Shown in pieces: positions 40,801 to 53,923 of a stretch of DNA of 64,000 bases (the first letter of the stretch is position 1; every line of letters starts with the position of its first letter). The translations under genes were made by a program, and so were the position numbers. The notes under the pieces are model-generated. The model was given only the letters and a program-made list of their open reading frames with translations. It made no database searches and had not been told where the DNA came from. Origin of the DNA: Carcharhinus amblyrhynchos. Its lineage: Eukaryota. The DNA lies in the NCBI GenBank assembly GCA_965287045.1, contig OZ336885.1, positions 65,224,001-65,288,000 on the forward strand, read 5' to 3'.

Positions 40801-41559
40801 CTGCAAGCCACAACATAAATCTAATGATAAGTAAGGCCAAAATTATATATTTTTTCCTCAAACTGTCTGAAAGACCTTGCAATAAACAGGGATTTAACTT
40901 TCAATTTCACGAAAGGTGTGGAGTGTGACATTGCTCGTTGATTCATCATTCCCAACCATGGATTCATATGGTAAACCAACAAAAAAAAACAGCGATATTT
41001 CAGTCACCCTCGTAAATATAATTACACGGATTTAGAGGACAGGAAATATTTTCAACAAAAAACAATAACCCTAAGTATGATCACGCATATTTGTGCTTTA
41101 CTCATATTGGTGGTTTATTTTAGCTCATTTATTGGATCGCTCCGGTAATCGTATGCTTGTTATTTTGCAGTCAACGTACAGGTTTGGATTCAGTGCTTAT
41201 GTTGGCTGAACGTTCTAGAGGAGAAATAGCAATATACCGGACTATGTACGATTCGTAATGAATTGATAACTCCCAGAACCTTTTCGAGGGAGGGTGAAAG
41301 TCGATATTTGTCGTGGACAAAACACCAGCGAAGGTTAGTAACGTTGTAATTTATTGGCCCAATGAAGTATGTTTTACACATTTGGGAAATAAATATTTCG
41401 AAAACTTTGCACAAGGATTCAGAACACGGCAATCTTTCAGAATATTATTATTCATTTTAGTTCCAATAGAATAAAATTTTGAAAATGCAAATAAGAACAC
41501 TTTTCGGAATAAACATGTATATTTTGGGGACATTATACCAAGAAGTTTACAGCCTAGAA

Positions 41560-42170
41560 ACTCACTTGATTTGATTAAATTTGATTTACGATTGTCACAT
41601 ATATTGGGATGCAATGAACGGTATTATTTCTGGCGTGTTTTCTCGACAATGCATTGGGTTCATAGCAAATGAAACGAGAGAATACAATATGCAATGTTAC
41701 GGTCATAGCTAGGATGTAGAGAACGTTCGACATGATGCAAGTTTGTTCTATTCAAAAGTATGTTGGCAGCAGGGACGAAGCTGGTCTTGAATCCGTTCAG
41801 CTGTGACTTCAGATATTTGTAACTGTTTCTCGATGCGAGAGGGTGGAACAGAGTATTCCCGGATGCGTGGGGTCCAAAATTATTTGTGTTGCAGAGGTAG
41901 AGGGAAGTGTGAACAGATTCAATGGATTGGAGGCTGGTGATGGCTTGGGCTACAATCACGAACTTTTTTTTTTAGTTTCCTGCAGTCTTCGGCAGGGAGT
42001 AGCCAAACTAAACTGTGGGGCAAACAGAAATGATGCTTCCTATCATGCACCGCTAAACGTTGGCGAGAGTCGTTGTTGGATTTTATTTATTATAATGTAG
42101 GCAAGGGGAGACCCGGGCAAGTTGTTGTCGTTGAGTTACCCCAAAAACTCATATTCTGGACCAAGTACAA
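41560..42170 (-). mobile_element. Rex1/Babar-clade LINE 3' fragment
   Basis: ORF 41660-41959 (LQSIESVH...HASGNTLFHPLAS...YKYLKS..NGFKTSFVPAANILLN); (aaatc)n tail as at ~62595. Confidence 0.8.
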
Positions 42171-45100
42171 ATATTATAACAAGACTGATATGTGTCGAAG
42201 CAATAGTCAATTTGTGACACCTACCAACAACGTATCAAAGGCATTTATCCTTTCAATCCAAATTCAGGTGTTTTCAGGACCTATGCAATCACATACATTC
42301 CAAGTAAATGATATGCTGTCAGATGGAGATGATTTGGGGAACACTCCTGCTGGCCTTGCAGTCATGGCTGCCGATAACAATATGTTAATTCCTTACGATC
42401 AGTCAGCAGCAATTAACATACATATGTAGAAGCTCCTGAATCATCTGACATTAGTTGTGTCAGAGTCGTCATTCACAAGAAAAATCCACATCATAGGGGA
42501 CTTCTCGGACACTTCACTATAAATTTATTGAGAGCTAAGTGAAAATAAACGAAGGACGCTGCAGGTTATTCGATATATTTGCATGCGCTCATCCCGATTC
42601 CTTGTCTTTCTTGCAAACTGAATTGAGTCCTGCGTCTGTGCTGCTTCTACGAATTGAATTCACAATCTTCAACTGTTGAGTGAAATGTGGCCTTTCAGAT
42701 CCATGTCGATATTCAACGGGCAGACTTTGATTATTTGAAATGGATTAAATTTACAAACCAAAGAATTCAGTAAAAACGGCGTTCCCTGAACATATCATTT
42801 ATTTTTATCATTTCCAAAGTCGTAAAATTATATTTGATATTTTATTTGAAATTTCAGAATTAAATGTTTGTTTTTAGACACAAACGGTTTGAGAATATAT
42901 GTCCTCAATCCCGTTTGTCAACATAAAGTTATGTTGCTATATTACAACATTGACAGATATCCCCAATAAATGCCCCCTTTGGTTATATCTAGTCAGCTTG
43001 CAAAACAAATGAAGTTCCACGGTTCAGCTAATTTGACCACTACTTGGTTTAGCAGCTTCTGGTTCATTGAATCTACCGTGATACGGTACGCGCATAGGAA
43101 AACGCAGAAAATATCTTGCATATCGCCTGAACTTATGTTTTATGTCTAATACTCAGGACTCTTCTCGTGAATGTGTAAATAATCACTCTCCTTATAAAGA
43201 CATAGACAGCATACTCGTGAAAAGTCTGTTCAATATAGCAATGCAAATTGGTGTGTACATCCAAGACCTTTTCTGACCTTTTGATTTTCCACATTTATTG
43301 ATCTGTTTTCCCCGTTTCTACATGACATTAATTCTTTCCATGAAGATTGTTCAATTCCTCTTTTTTTTTTAGTTTTGCCCTTTAATTCCAAATCTCCTTT
43401 CAATGGTATCTATGTGGGTATCCGTCATGGTTGATTTGTGTGACTGATAATTTCCTGGAAGCATCTGGGCAGCCAGTTGGTTCTAGTTTCGTGTATGTCA
43501 CATTTCTCTTTCCTCTCTGGGCGCATGCAAAAACATTTCTGTTTTTAATGCTGAACTTCACATTGTCACTAATTTCTCTTCAAGTTTTAACCCGTCGAAT
43601 CTGTCCAGATCACTTCACATCTTGAATCGTTTGTACGACTGCCATATCGGTTCTTAACAAAATGTACACTGAACATAACGTTATTAGGGTCCGTATTCCA
43701 AAACAAATATCCCGCCGTAAACTCTTGCGTTTGCACAGCCACATTTTTGAATGCTAAATCTTCTGCTACCCTCCCCCGCCCCCCAATTTTTGTTATGTCA
43801 GTACTCGAAAACTGTCACACTGAGAGTGGCGCTACAGCACGGAAGAAGTAGATTCAGCCCAAAACTTCTTTTGTGTCTCCTCACAGAAATCCAACGAAGA
43901 TAGGCGAAGAACGGGTAATGGGGGTGAACGGGCAAGATACATATGGACCACCACCCAGGATCGGAATCAAAGTTGAGTGTCTGGTGCCTGTGAGGTAGCA
44001 TCGCGAGCCATGTTGTTCACAGAAGCTAAAAGCAGTTGGATCATTTCGAATCTGTGTGGCCATCGCAATCCTAATTGCGTCAGGGAAGAAAAGTCAAAAA
44101 TTGCCGATGCCTGATTCTTGTACTGGGAATGCGCACTCATATTTGTTTTCGATCTCCATTTCTCCAGCTGGTGGCCTCACTCCTGCAGTGTGGCTGCCAC
44201 TCTTCATCATTTCAGAACTAATAACATTTGAAATCGGTTAATTATTGAATTGCTTAATCATCGTCCTTCACAGCTGTATTTAACTGCTTAGTTCATGGAT
44301 TTTCACACTTCCTCCCCTTCCCGACATGTCAATATTTAGTGATATTGATCCGTACGTTTTTTATTCTCTCTGGATGCTGCAATACCGTTGTTTCAACGAT
44401 ATTATCCTGTTGCATTACATTAAGTGTTCTTAGACCTTCGATCTCCTCTACAACATTCCTTCAGTTTAACATATGTGTTTAGCAACCTGAGATTCATTTT
44501 GGTCAATCGTGTTGTTTTGTTAATTCTGTATTTTGGAGTCAAACACTGACTCAATTTTCAGGTTGTGGTCGATTCCCGCCTCCTAAAATTTAGTCTCCTA
44601 TTTCCTTCTGCGATTTTTCGTGAATGAACCGATAATTTGGCTCTCAGCTCCACGCCAATCGTGCAAAAAACTTACCCGGATATTTGAAACATTGCATTTT
44701 TGGTATTTTCCATCTCGAATTCAGGGCTAGATGAATTGACTTGAAAGTTCTTACGGACTGGTATGATTTAAGAAACAAAACGGTTGGTGGAATTCGAACT
44801 CTGCAATGCCATAAATTAATGATTTGAGATTTGAAATGTAGTTTGGGAAAGGATGTTTGTCGACACTGAAGACAATTTACATTACTCAAAACTGGTAAGA
44901 ACTTGGACACTGCTTATCTGGTGTTTGTCTACTCGTTTAATACAACACGGTAGTCGGAGACAATCGTGCCACATTTGGAAAAATGAAAACTTAATCTTCT
45001 TTTTTTTAAATTAGGCCCAATAGTAGGCATGCATTGATGCTACAAATAATTTACTGTCAAAGTAGAAAATATAGGTCAGTGATGCTTAGATCAAAATTGA

Positions 45101-45256
45101 CCAACTTCTTAAATGTGAACAGCCATTAACCAATTGTACATATTTATCAGCGCTAACATTTGTCTCATGTTAATGCCATCAATATGGGGTGTGATGGCAG
45201 AAAGGTTGGGTGTGGGGGCGTATGGGGGCCGTGACCTAATTGGCAATCAAACTTAC

Positions 45257-45262
45257 CTTCGC
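45257..45262 (-). CDS. Candidate 6-nt microexon (GCGAAG)
   Basis: gctttattttaag|GCGAAG|gtaagt; consensus donor, preserves phase 1. Confidence 0.25.
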
Positions 45263-45970
45263 CTTAAAATAAAGCTGAATCTTATGCAACTAGCTTTAAA
45301 AGGTCAAGGACTGCACCATTAATCTTGCGTACATTGGATAGAACTCTCATTTTTTTTTCTGGTTTCCTATGCCTTGAAGTTCATGTTTTTTTTCCTTAGG
45401 CACATATTAAGACCGTTGTCAGTCTTCCATTTTGAAGTGTGGAATTTCCCTCATAAAGATTCCCAGTCCTCTACTGCCATGTGTCGATACATTCCTCCTT
45501 TGAGCTGAATTAGGGCATGAAGTGAACTTCCGCTTTCTACGCGAACAGCATATGTGGAAGTCAGAAAATAGAGTGTGTGCTCAAATTCCTGTGCCATAAC
45601 CAATTTTGGTCCAATTACACAAACATGGTTACCTCTATTTCTAAACTATAAGCTGTACTTAATTGGCAAACGTTGTTTTAATAACATTTAAAGCCTCGTT
45701 TGTGTTAACATACCGCTCGCTGCATCTCTTGGAAATCGACCACAACCTGAAAATTGAAATAATGTTAGAATGAAATGTGTTCTTTATTTTAAACAGAAAA
45801 ATTAAAAACATAGACTTGAAGTATGTCCCAAAAAGCAAGACAGCCTCCAAAGTTAACCATCGAACTGTGGATAAGCTAATTCTGAACAAGTGATCCTCTA
45901 TGCACAACAACATTGATGTTTTTAGTCTTCATACCAAGTTAAGGGTTTTTTTTGCAACATGAGGATTCAC

Positions 45971-46174
45971 TCTTTTCCCACAGTTCAAAAACAGGTTTTA
46001 TGCTTCCAATGATTATACAGGTAATACTAAGAAGAAGAAAAAGCATAAAACAAATAAACCAAATCATAGAATGGCAGTTGTGGCTACATTGTCTGTCATC
46101 AATTGCCGAGTGCGAAATGCCCTTAAAAAAATCGTTCTTCAGTGCCTCTTCTTTGAACCTCGGCACTATGTGTC
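45971..46174 (-). CDS. Candidate 204-nt phase 1-1 exon encoding a transmembrane segment (MIWFICFMLFLLLSITCIIIGSI)
   Basis: Acceptor ttgcttcttttctctggatttgccatcag|; weak donor AGA|gtgaat; open frame equals ORF 45939-46223; lies upstream of all the 21-nt exons. Confidence 0.45.
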
Positions 46175-47545
46175 CTGATGGCAAATCCAGAGAAAAGAAG
46201 CAATCTAAGAGAGGTAGCTTCATGAAATTGACCTATCAGCAGTGTAGGGAGGGGACATATTTCCAGTCAGTGTAAAGAGCATGAGGTTCTTCAAAGGAAG
46301 CCATGTACCAAATGTAACACGACGGAAAGTCTTATACGACTAAATGTTAGCACTCGTAAGTTTAGATTGTCTCTGTGTGGAGACTTGACGAAAGATGGCA
46401 CGAAAAATTCTAGCCGGAAGAAACACCCACTGTCCAACTCACCCCCACCGAACTCCCCCCTTGCTCTAGCGAATTAATAGTGTTTTGTGCAGTTGGTGCC
46501 ATCTGATACTCAAAATCTTACTTAGAAATATGTTGCATTCAGTCAACAACATTCAGGCGTGCTTATAGCTGTACCTCTACTTCTAATTTTAAGAATCATT
46601 ATAACATTCAGTTCTGAGCTGCCAGTTCCTGAACACAATATTAACACACAACGCTCGACACCCAGAGCTGTCTTCACTTTTCATAAGCGACGCCAAATTA
46701 TTTCATTTTTTCCTTATTTGTTTCTCTGTAATTTCCTCCGAGCTAATGAACACCTAGTTCTGCAATTTGTTCTTATTTTACTTCCCACATTTTTTATACT
46801 TGGGATCAGATGATGGAAGTACATCTTTTGATGACAGAATTGAGGATGGCTGGCCAGAAACTACTGCTTATTTTTCAATGCTCACTGTCTGTACATTTTT
46901 TTCTATATCTATACACGTCTATCGTTTGCTCCCAACACATCGGCACTTAACATCTTATTTATTTGGAAAACGTTTATCTGATTCTCCTGAATTGTCCCTT
47001 TCTTACTAATGCCTGGCTTTTCCATTCCATTTTCTGCAGCTCTCTCGATCCGTAACAACTGTTACTTTTAGGTTTGAAATTCAATCTTCCGTTAACAAAT
47101 TCTGTGTGAGTTTAAACATCTTGCATAGTCGCACCTTTACCGCATTGCCTGTTTAGCTTTCTTTCTCTATTCATATTTATGTGCCAATCACACTGAGACG
47201 CTTTTTTTTTGATTCTTCCATATCCTCATTGGTGTGTTGTCTCGTTTTCTTTTCCTGTATTTATATGTTTTTTTTTAAATTCCCTTTCTCCCAAATTTCT
47301 GATTTGCTGATTGATCGTTCGCAAAGCTTAGAGGCCTCGACGGATTTCAATCTATTATGTTATCGTAAAGCAAAATTTGCCATTGACAGATTTCCTGGAG
47401 CCCGATTTACAAAATTGGTATGTACTAGCCCTAAGAAGGGGCGTCCAAATATTTTCAGAGCATTCATCAAGTGAATCATCATTTCCTCCTTTCAACACAG
47501 CACAATGTTCAGATAGAAATGATGTTAACATGTCATTTTTCTTAC

Positions 47546-47563
47546 CAGCTGTACAAATTTCAT
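47546..47563 (-). CDS. Candidate 18-nt microexon, phase 1: DEICTA
   Basis: taaatattcctgtttag|ATGAAATTTGTACAGCTG|gtaaga. Confidence 0.45.
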
Positions 47564-47659
47564 CTAAACAGGAATATTTAATGGGGTGAGTATCACAGGG
47601 TAACTGTGTTGATGAAAGACGATGCAACAATTAAGCCATTTCACTGAAACAAGGCACAA

Positions 47660-47845
47660 CATTAGAATCATAACATGATATAATGACCACAGGTCAGATG
47701 AGGCCATTTGGTCTATCGATCATGCACAGACAATAATCCTACCCTGGCCCTAACAACGCAAACAAACACATTTACCCTACTAATCTTCCAATCCATCTGA
47801 CATCCGCCAGGAATAAGGAACACTTTAGCATGGCCAATCAACATA
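47660..47845 (-). mobile_element. HE1-type SINE 3' half
   Basis: CR1-like tail (aggccatttggtctatcga) and cactttagcatggccaatc. Confidence 0.7.
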
Positions 47846-47869
47846 AAACGCGTTTTTTTAACTTAGAAT

Positions 47870-48120
47870 CAGTGCGATGCTACCTCACAGCGCCAGGGCC
47901 GTGGGTTCGATTCCTGGATTGGGTCGCTGTCTGTGTGGAGTTTGCACGTACTCCCCATGTTTACATGGGTTCCCTCCGGGTGCTCCAGTTTGCTGTGAAT
48001 GTCCACAGTACGTGCTGGTTCAGTGATTAGCCATTCTGAATTCAGAGTGTATCTAAATACACGATGGAATGGGCGATTTTTGCAGAGACTTTATTGTAAG
48101 CCTACTTTTGACTTACAGAA
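47870..48120 (+). mobile_element. V-SINE/HE1-type SINE, 5' part
   Basis: B-box ggttcgattcc followed by gtctgtgtggagtttgcacgt.ctcccc..gggttccctccgggtgctcc. Confidence 0.85.
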
Positions 48121-48836
48121 AAACTTTACTTTTGCAACATGTTATATTTTATCAATTTGATGAAGAACTTCAAGTCAGTTGCACAAACGCATGCAAACAA
48201 GAAAGTTAGGACAATAGTTCATTTTTGTAAAGTGTCCTAATTAAATGAGATGAAACAAAAATCAACTGAACATGTTTGTGTCATTCTTGTAGATTGTCTT
48301 TAATGCTCGTTATATCAATAAATAATCCCCCACATTCAACTTTCCTTTTTCTTTTGTTTACGATTTCAAAGTGTTACCATGCACATTTGGTTCACGGAAT
48401 AACTCCTGTAATTACCAAAAATGCCATTCGTACCACCTGGTCACAATTCCGAGAGCACTTTGCAAACCAAAATTCAGGAAAAAAGACACAAATTTGATGA
48501 CACATTTTACAGGAGACTGAATTATGCAATTATTCCCTCCTTTAAATGAACAATGTTAAAAGAATAATGAACATTTTGCAATCAGTTTGTGGAGTAATGG
48601 AAAAGAGCAACGCTCATAATGCATCCAAAATAATATTGCGATTGGATTATTTTCGATATCCGTTTGATGTAAAGTGCAAGGCTAGTTAATATGACAGAAG
48701 TCTGTAACATCAGGATTTTAGTCAGACACATCTCTGTTAACTTCATAATTTTATAGCCCTTCAAAAATCGTTATTTTAAAAGAAAAGAAATACAAAAATA
48801 AGCAGGGAAATTCCGTGAACCAAGTGATTTTCTTAC

Positions 48837-48872
48837 CTAATTTCTGTGTATGAGCTTCAGTATCGTGCAATT
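48837..48872 (-). CDS. Candidate 36-nt exon, phase 1: ELHDTEAHTQKL
   Basis: cctcctttattgtggtgtag|...AAATTAG|gtaaga; phase 0 ends in a stop, phase 1 is open. Confidence 0.45.
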   Translation of the reverse strand, partial: NCTILKLIHRN

Positions 48873-49099
48873 CTACACCACAATAAAGGAGGCAATATTT
48901 ATGCACTTAATTTAGATTCGATTTTCATAATTTTTTCAAAAGCTGGAGAACCACTGTCAATTCTAATCAGCAATCGTGACAAAGTTAACATTGTTAATTT
49001 TTGTTTGTTTTATTACCAAGTTGCACCTAAGTTTTGAGAGAAGTCGTTTTCACTTGAAAGCCTTCTGTCTTGCTAGGTGTCAAAACAAGCTTGATTTTT

Positions 49100-49830
49100 T
49101 TTTGTTCACGAACTTAACACACATCTAAAAGTCTGAATAGCTCCCTGCTAGGTTCCATTACAGACACAGTTCAAGGAATCTGTCGCTGAGTCATTCAATG
49201 AACTCCTCCTCACGGTGCCTTGACCGACTTGGTTTGACCAATTGGTGTGTAGATTAAAATCGCCCATAATAATTACTTTACCATTTTTACAAGTACCAGT
49301 TATTTCTTTGCTTATTTCTAGCCCCACCATCATGTTATCATTAGGTGGCATATAGACGACGCCTAGAGTGACTTCTTCTCCTCCTAATTCCTATCTAATT
49401 GGATTCAACGTTTTTTTTTGTCATAGAATCTGCATTACCTCTCACTACCTCCCTGATCTCATCCTTACATTTCAGAGATACATCAACTCCCTTACCTTCC
49501 TGTAGGTCCCTCCGAACTGTCTGATACCCCTGAATATTTAACTCCATAGTGACCATGCCACCAAATCATACTCGTTCGCAACGATATCTGCTGCTAAACC
49601 ATTTACCTTGTTTCAAATGCTGTGAGCCTTCAGTTAAAGTGTCGTTGTGCTAGTTTTTGTCCACTATATTTTTGAATGTGAACACTTCCATTAATATCAT
49701 CTCCTGATGTCTCTTTCTTATTAACTTCTTTTTCCCTTGATTTTTGATGTAGTTGGAACCCATTCCGCACATGTTGCCCAAGCCCCCTCCTTCTCAGGCT
49801 CCTTACATAGGTTCCCGTTCCCCCGGCATA
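49100..49830 (-). mobile_element. CR1 remnant, endonuclease and ORF1 junction region
   Basis: ORF 49148-49351 (PPN...VIIMGDFNLHTNW) matches the AP endonuclease motif. Confidence 0.8.
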
Positions 49831-51164
49831 TTCTATTCAACAGTTTTATCAGCCTTGTGAGCCCACTATATGATATACCCCGATGTACTATTACAATATG
49901 CAAGAACATAACACGGATTTTCACGATGTCGTGGACAATATCAATGATCAAAAGTGAAGCTCAATTCCGCAAGTTGTAAATTCAGGGTTAATCGTATTTC
50001 TTATCTACTTCATTTGCACGAAGTTGATGGCATGAATTCTGACAGAGACAGGGCTGCAGCTATCGAGCAGATGTCTATTCATGTGGACCAGCGCATGGCA
50101 AACACATTTCTGGGATTAAATACATCCCTCCAGAAAATGTCCTTGTTATAACGAGGTCACTGAAATTCTGCATGAGCTCTTCCTTCAGAACGGTAAATGG
50201 AGTCGGCAAGTTCGCTGCAGATCACCCTTCACCACACTGAAAAAAATGATGCACTCATCAGAAATACTGATGTGCAACCACCTGCCCTAATGGTGGCAGA
50301 TACTTCAAGTTATGGGATTGTTGCTGCATGCATATAGAATGTCAGAACAAGAGGCTTTGCCTGCAGGACACACAGCAACGTTGTGCCTCATTTTGCACAA
50401 ATCAAAAATAGATCGTTTGTTTCATATTTTGAAAACATGCATTTCAGGATTTCATATATATCTTCTACAATCTTTGAAACGGTCTAGTGTTAGCTCTTAA
50501 CCATCCTGAAGAAGCCTTTCCACTCTGCCTACGAGGCTGAAATGGTTGATTTATTTTATCGGGGTACTCTTGCTTAAAATCTGTAAAGAACCGCTACCCT
50601 CCCGACCAGGTAGTATTATACAGCTCCATGCCTCACATGACTATGACCAGTGCGAAGTGCGCCACAGCAAAACAGCTATGTGGTAACTAACAAGACAACA
50701 AGGTGTGAATAATTAACATGTTCTCATGGCCGTTTCAGATCCATATTTGAGGGTTCAAGATGCAGCTCAACTGTTGTACAATCACCGCTACCCACCATCC
50801 CCGCCACCACACGCACCACCCCCCCCCCCCCCCCCACCTCCACCCCAGGCCAGTCTTCACCAGAATGTGATGAGGCAGGATTCAGCTTTGTACAAAATGC
50901 ACTTGCACCTTCAATAATCAATTGGTCATGTTAACATTTTCAAGCATTGATGTGCTCAAATGCCTTTTGAATTTGGCGACACTCCGTGATCATTTTGCAG
51001 TACTGTAACTTTGTACAGCCTTGCGACTGGTGCACAGTTTTGGTTTGTCTTCTTTGCTGTTCCTTCCAAACATGTTGAAAGACGAGGGAAGAGTGCAATT
51101 TGGAATGACTCAAACTAGGTTTGATTCTTGCCGCAAAACATTTCTCAGAGTTGCATTAGAACTA

Positions 51165-51400
51165 ACTAGTTCGCAAGTTTAAGGTGCGAGGGCAAGGTTT
51201 ATGGGTCTCTGGAACTCGTTGCCGGCGGGTTTTGTGGAAGCTGATATGGAGTGACTTTTCAGGCACATCTTGACAAGTACTTGAATAGGATGGGAGGAGA
51301 GGGACATGGTCCGCGGACGGGTAGGGTTTTTTAGTTATGTCGGGCAGTATGGTCAGTGCAAGCTTGGAGGGCAGATTGGCCTGTTCCTGTGCTTTAATTT
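51165..51400 (+). mobile_element. CR1 3' end fragment
   Basis: tttaaggtgcgagggcaaggttt...gggcagattggcctgttcctgtgct. Confidence 0.7.
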
Positions 51401-51424
51401 TCTTTGTCCTTTGCTCTTTGTAAA

Positions 51425-53170
51425 AACCTATAAAAATACTACAGCACAGAAGGGGTGGGGGAGGAGTGGGTCCATTCAGCGCATGTTGTCCATAGCTACC
51501 CAAATAAAGTAAATCGAGTTATCCTTTTCTAACAAAGAAAAAAATAACTATTTCACTGGACCCTCGCAGTTGCGAATTGTACTACGTAAGGTAAAAGTCT
51601 ACGCAGTGTTCAGACAGTTTCAGTTTTCTTGCTTCTCCACAGACTCAAACAATAAATTCCAGGCACAAAATATCCTCTGCTTGTGCAATTCTCACCTCAT
51701 CTCCCCTAAAGTCCTTCTACCAATTAGTTTGAATCAGTGACTCTTGTTTCGGGGAAACAGGAACACACGTCCCTCCATCACTGTCCCTCAAATTTAATAT
51801 ACCTCAACCAAGGTATATTACAAGACTCCAGAGTATACCGAATTCCGGAGTCCTGTCTGCTCAAAGGTGAGAAAAAGAAAAAAAAACGAATTTCACTTCG
51901 TAGGATGATTCCTGCAACCACGACAATATTCCCAAAATATTTTCTGCATTCTCCTCAGTGCAATTACGTCATTCCTGAAATATAGTGCCAAGTGTCACAC
52001 GTTATAATCCATTTAAAGCCTCGTGAGAGGTTTCTACAATTTCAACTTAACATCTTAAAAAAATGTACATCTGCCAATGAAATAAGCTTATTCATCAATA
52101 CCGTCATCTTTCTGGCCAGTGCACTTGCAGGACAAGATTTCTTACGTTAGTTACCCCAATCAATATGTTCCCACTTACTCTGTATTCCTCTTTAATGTTT
52201 GACCCCATAAATGCATCATTTCATACTTATTAGGGTTTAGCTCCATTTGTTATGATCGCTCTCACTCCTCCACTTCACTTACAGCGTTTTGGATCTCAAA
52301 GCTATTATCTACCCTCTGCGATTAAGAACATGTTTCGTATCCGTTGTCCATTTCCCCAAAAATCCCGTCACCTTCAAGGTAGACCGGTTATTTATAAAAC
52401 AAACTGGAGGGGCCCCAACAACCATTAATGTTGAAAATCACTTCAAACAACTTTTCGTTCATAATGGCAGTCGTGGATCATTAACCTTTTGTTTCCCGTT
52501 AAAAAGTCAACTCTTGCTGCACTTTGAAAAAAGTCTGTCGAATTGGCTTTACATTTTTGACCTGCCTGTCAAGCAGAACTTTTCAAATGCCTTGCTCATT
52601 TACAGGGAGACAACATCCATTTCAACCCCCTCCCTCCCACCACAGCCCACTTCCACCACCAGCCCACCCCCCCTCCCCCCGCCCCCGCCCCTGCCCATTA
52701 TCCCTCTCCATACCACTTCTTCAAATAAGCCAAACGTAGTCGCATGTCATGACCTTCCCTTAACAACGCCATGCTGCCGATCATATGTTGGTCATACGTG
52801 ACAATGTATCCGATATTGCATGATTTTTTGCAACCATACCCATATGCGAGTTGCATTAAACTGCCGATAATTGTTTAGCATCCCCTACCTATCTTCAGAA
52901 TTAATGAAAACTATTGGTATTCTTCCGTCTCTCTGTCAGGTTTTCGGAGGCTAGTGAAGATTTGAATATAATCCTAAAAAAAAACTGTCATTTCCTCATT
53001 TAGCTTCCTCACAATCATAGGGAATAATTTATTCTCTTTGCTAATTTTCATGGATTCCAACTCTTCTGATCTCTCCTCTCTTGCACCAATTATTTTCTTT
53101 TTCTTTACCCAATGTTCGACAATGTTCTTCTTCGTCGATGATAATGTATTGCTCGTGCTTATTTTGTGCC
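51425..53170 (-). mobile_element. Highly decayed CR1 remnant(s)
   Basis: Tail at 51430-51500; aaatgcatcatttcatactt (KCEVMHF-like) at ~52210; RT upstream remnants to ~53170. Confidence 0.6.
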
Positions 53171-53893
53171 AACACATATCTAAATATTGATGTTTTTACA
53201 GCAAAAATGTTACATCTCGGAGAACCACAGGCCGGGCTAGATTTGGAGGATGTCGAATGGATCAGTAAATGAATGCAAAAGACTGCAACGGCTCCACCGA
53301 GGATTATATGCCAGAATCGTGCAGAACACAAGTGGTACTTACAATAACAGATTAATTAAAATAAAAGTATTGTGATTGCATTTATTTCTGCACTCATTGC
53401 TCAGGAAAGCTGAAAGCCGCTGCACCTTGTGTGGACACGTCCTGAAGGGATGGGACAATTTTAGAGAATGCACGACAATTATTTGTGAATCGGCATAAAT
53501 GCGTGGATATTCGATGTCAACGGCTATATCAATTGAAGTCCAGCTGACAAAAGATTAGCACTCTCATCTTGATTGTGTGTCAATATATTCATTTTCTTGT
53601 CAAGTATCTAGGTGGTTGCAAAACGGCGACTTCTGACAGCTCAATTTTTCCGCAAAATTCATGTTGTGTTGACACAATAATTATGTTTGTAACATTCAAT
53701 CTTATTATTATTGAATAACAAGATTAATGCATTGCAATAATATTTAAGGACATGCATTTTTGTATTATAATCTAGGATAGGTTCATCCCCAGGAAGAAAT
53801 GCTTCCGTCAAATTGCAAAAAGAAAACGATATTATCTCCATTTTAATCAACATATGTTTCATTTGAAGTTATACCACTAAAATTTTATCTCAC

Positions 53894-53923
53894 CTTTTGC
53901 GTTCGGATTTTCCTTGAAGTAGT
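53894..53923 (-). CDS. Candidate 30-nt exon, phase 1: (D/N)YFKENPNAK
   Basis: cctgttttgaacaccaaatttag|ACTAC...GCAAAAG|gtgaga. Confidence 0.4.

Noticed and set aside
44676-44757. 82-nt exon-like segment with a consensus gtaagt donor
   Set aside because: Not a multiple of 3, so it would break the phase 1 chain; no recognisable peptide.
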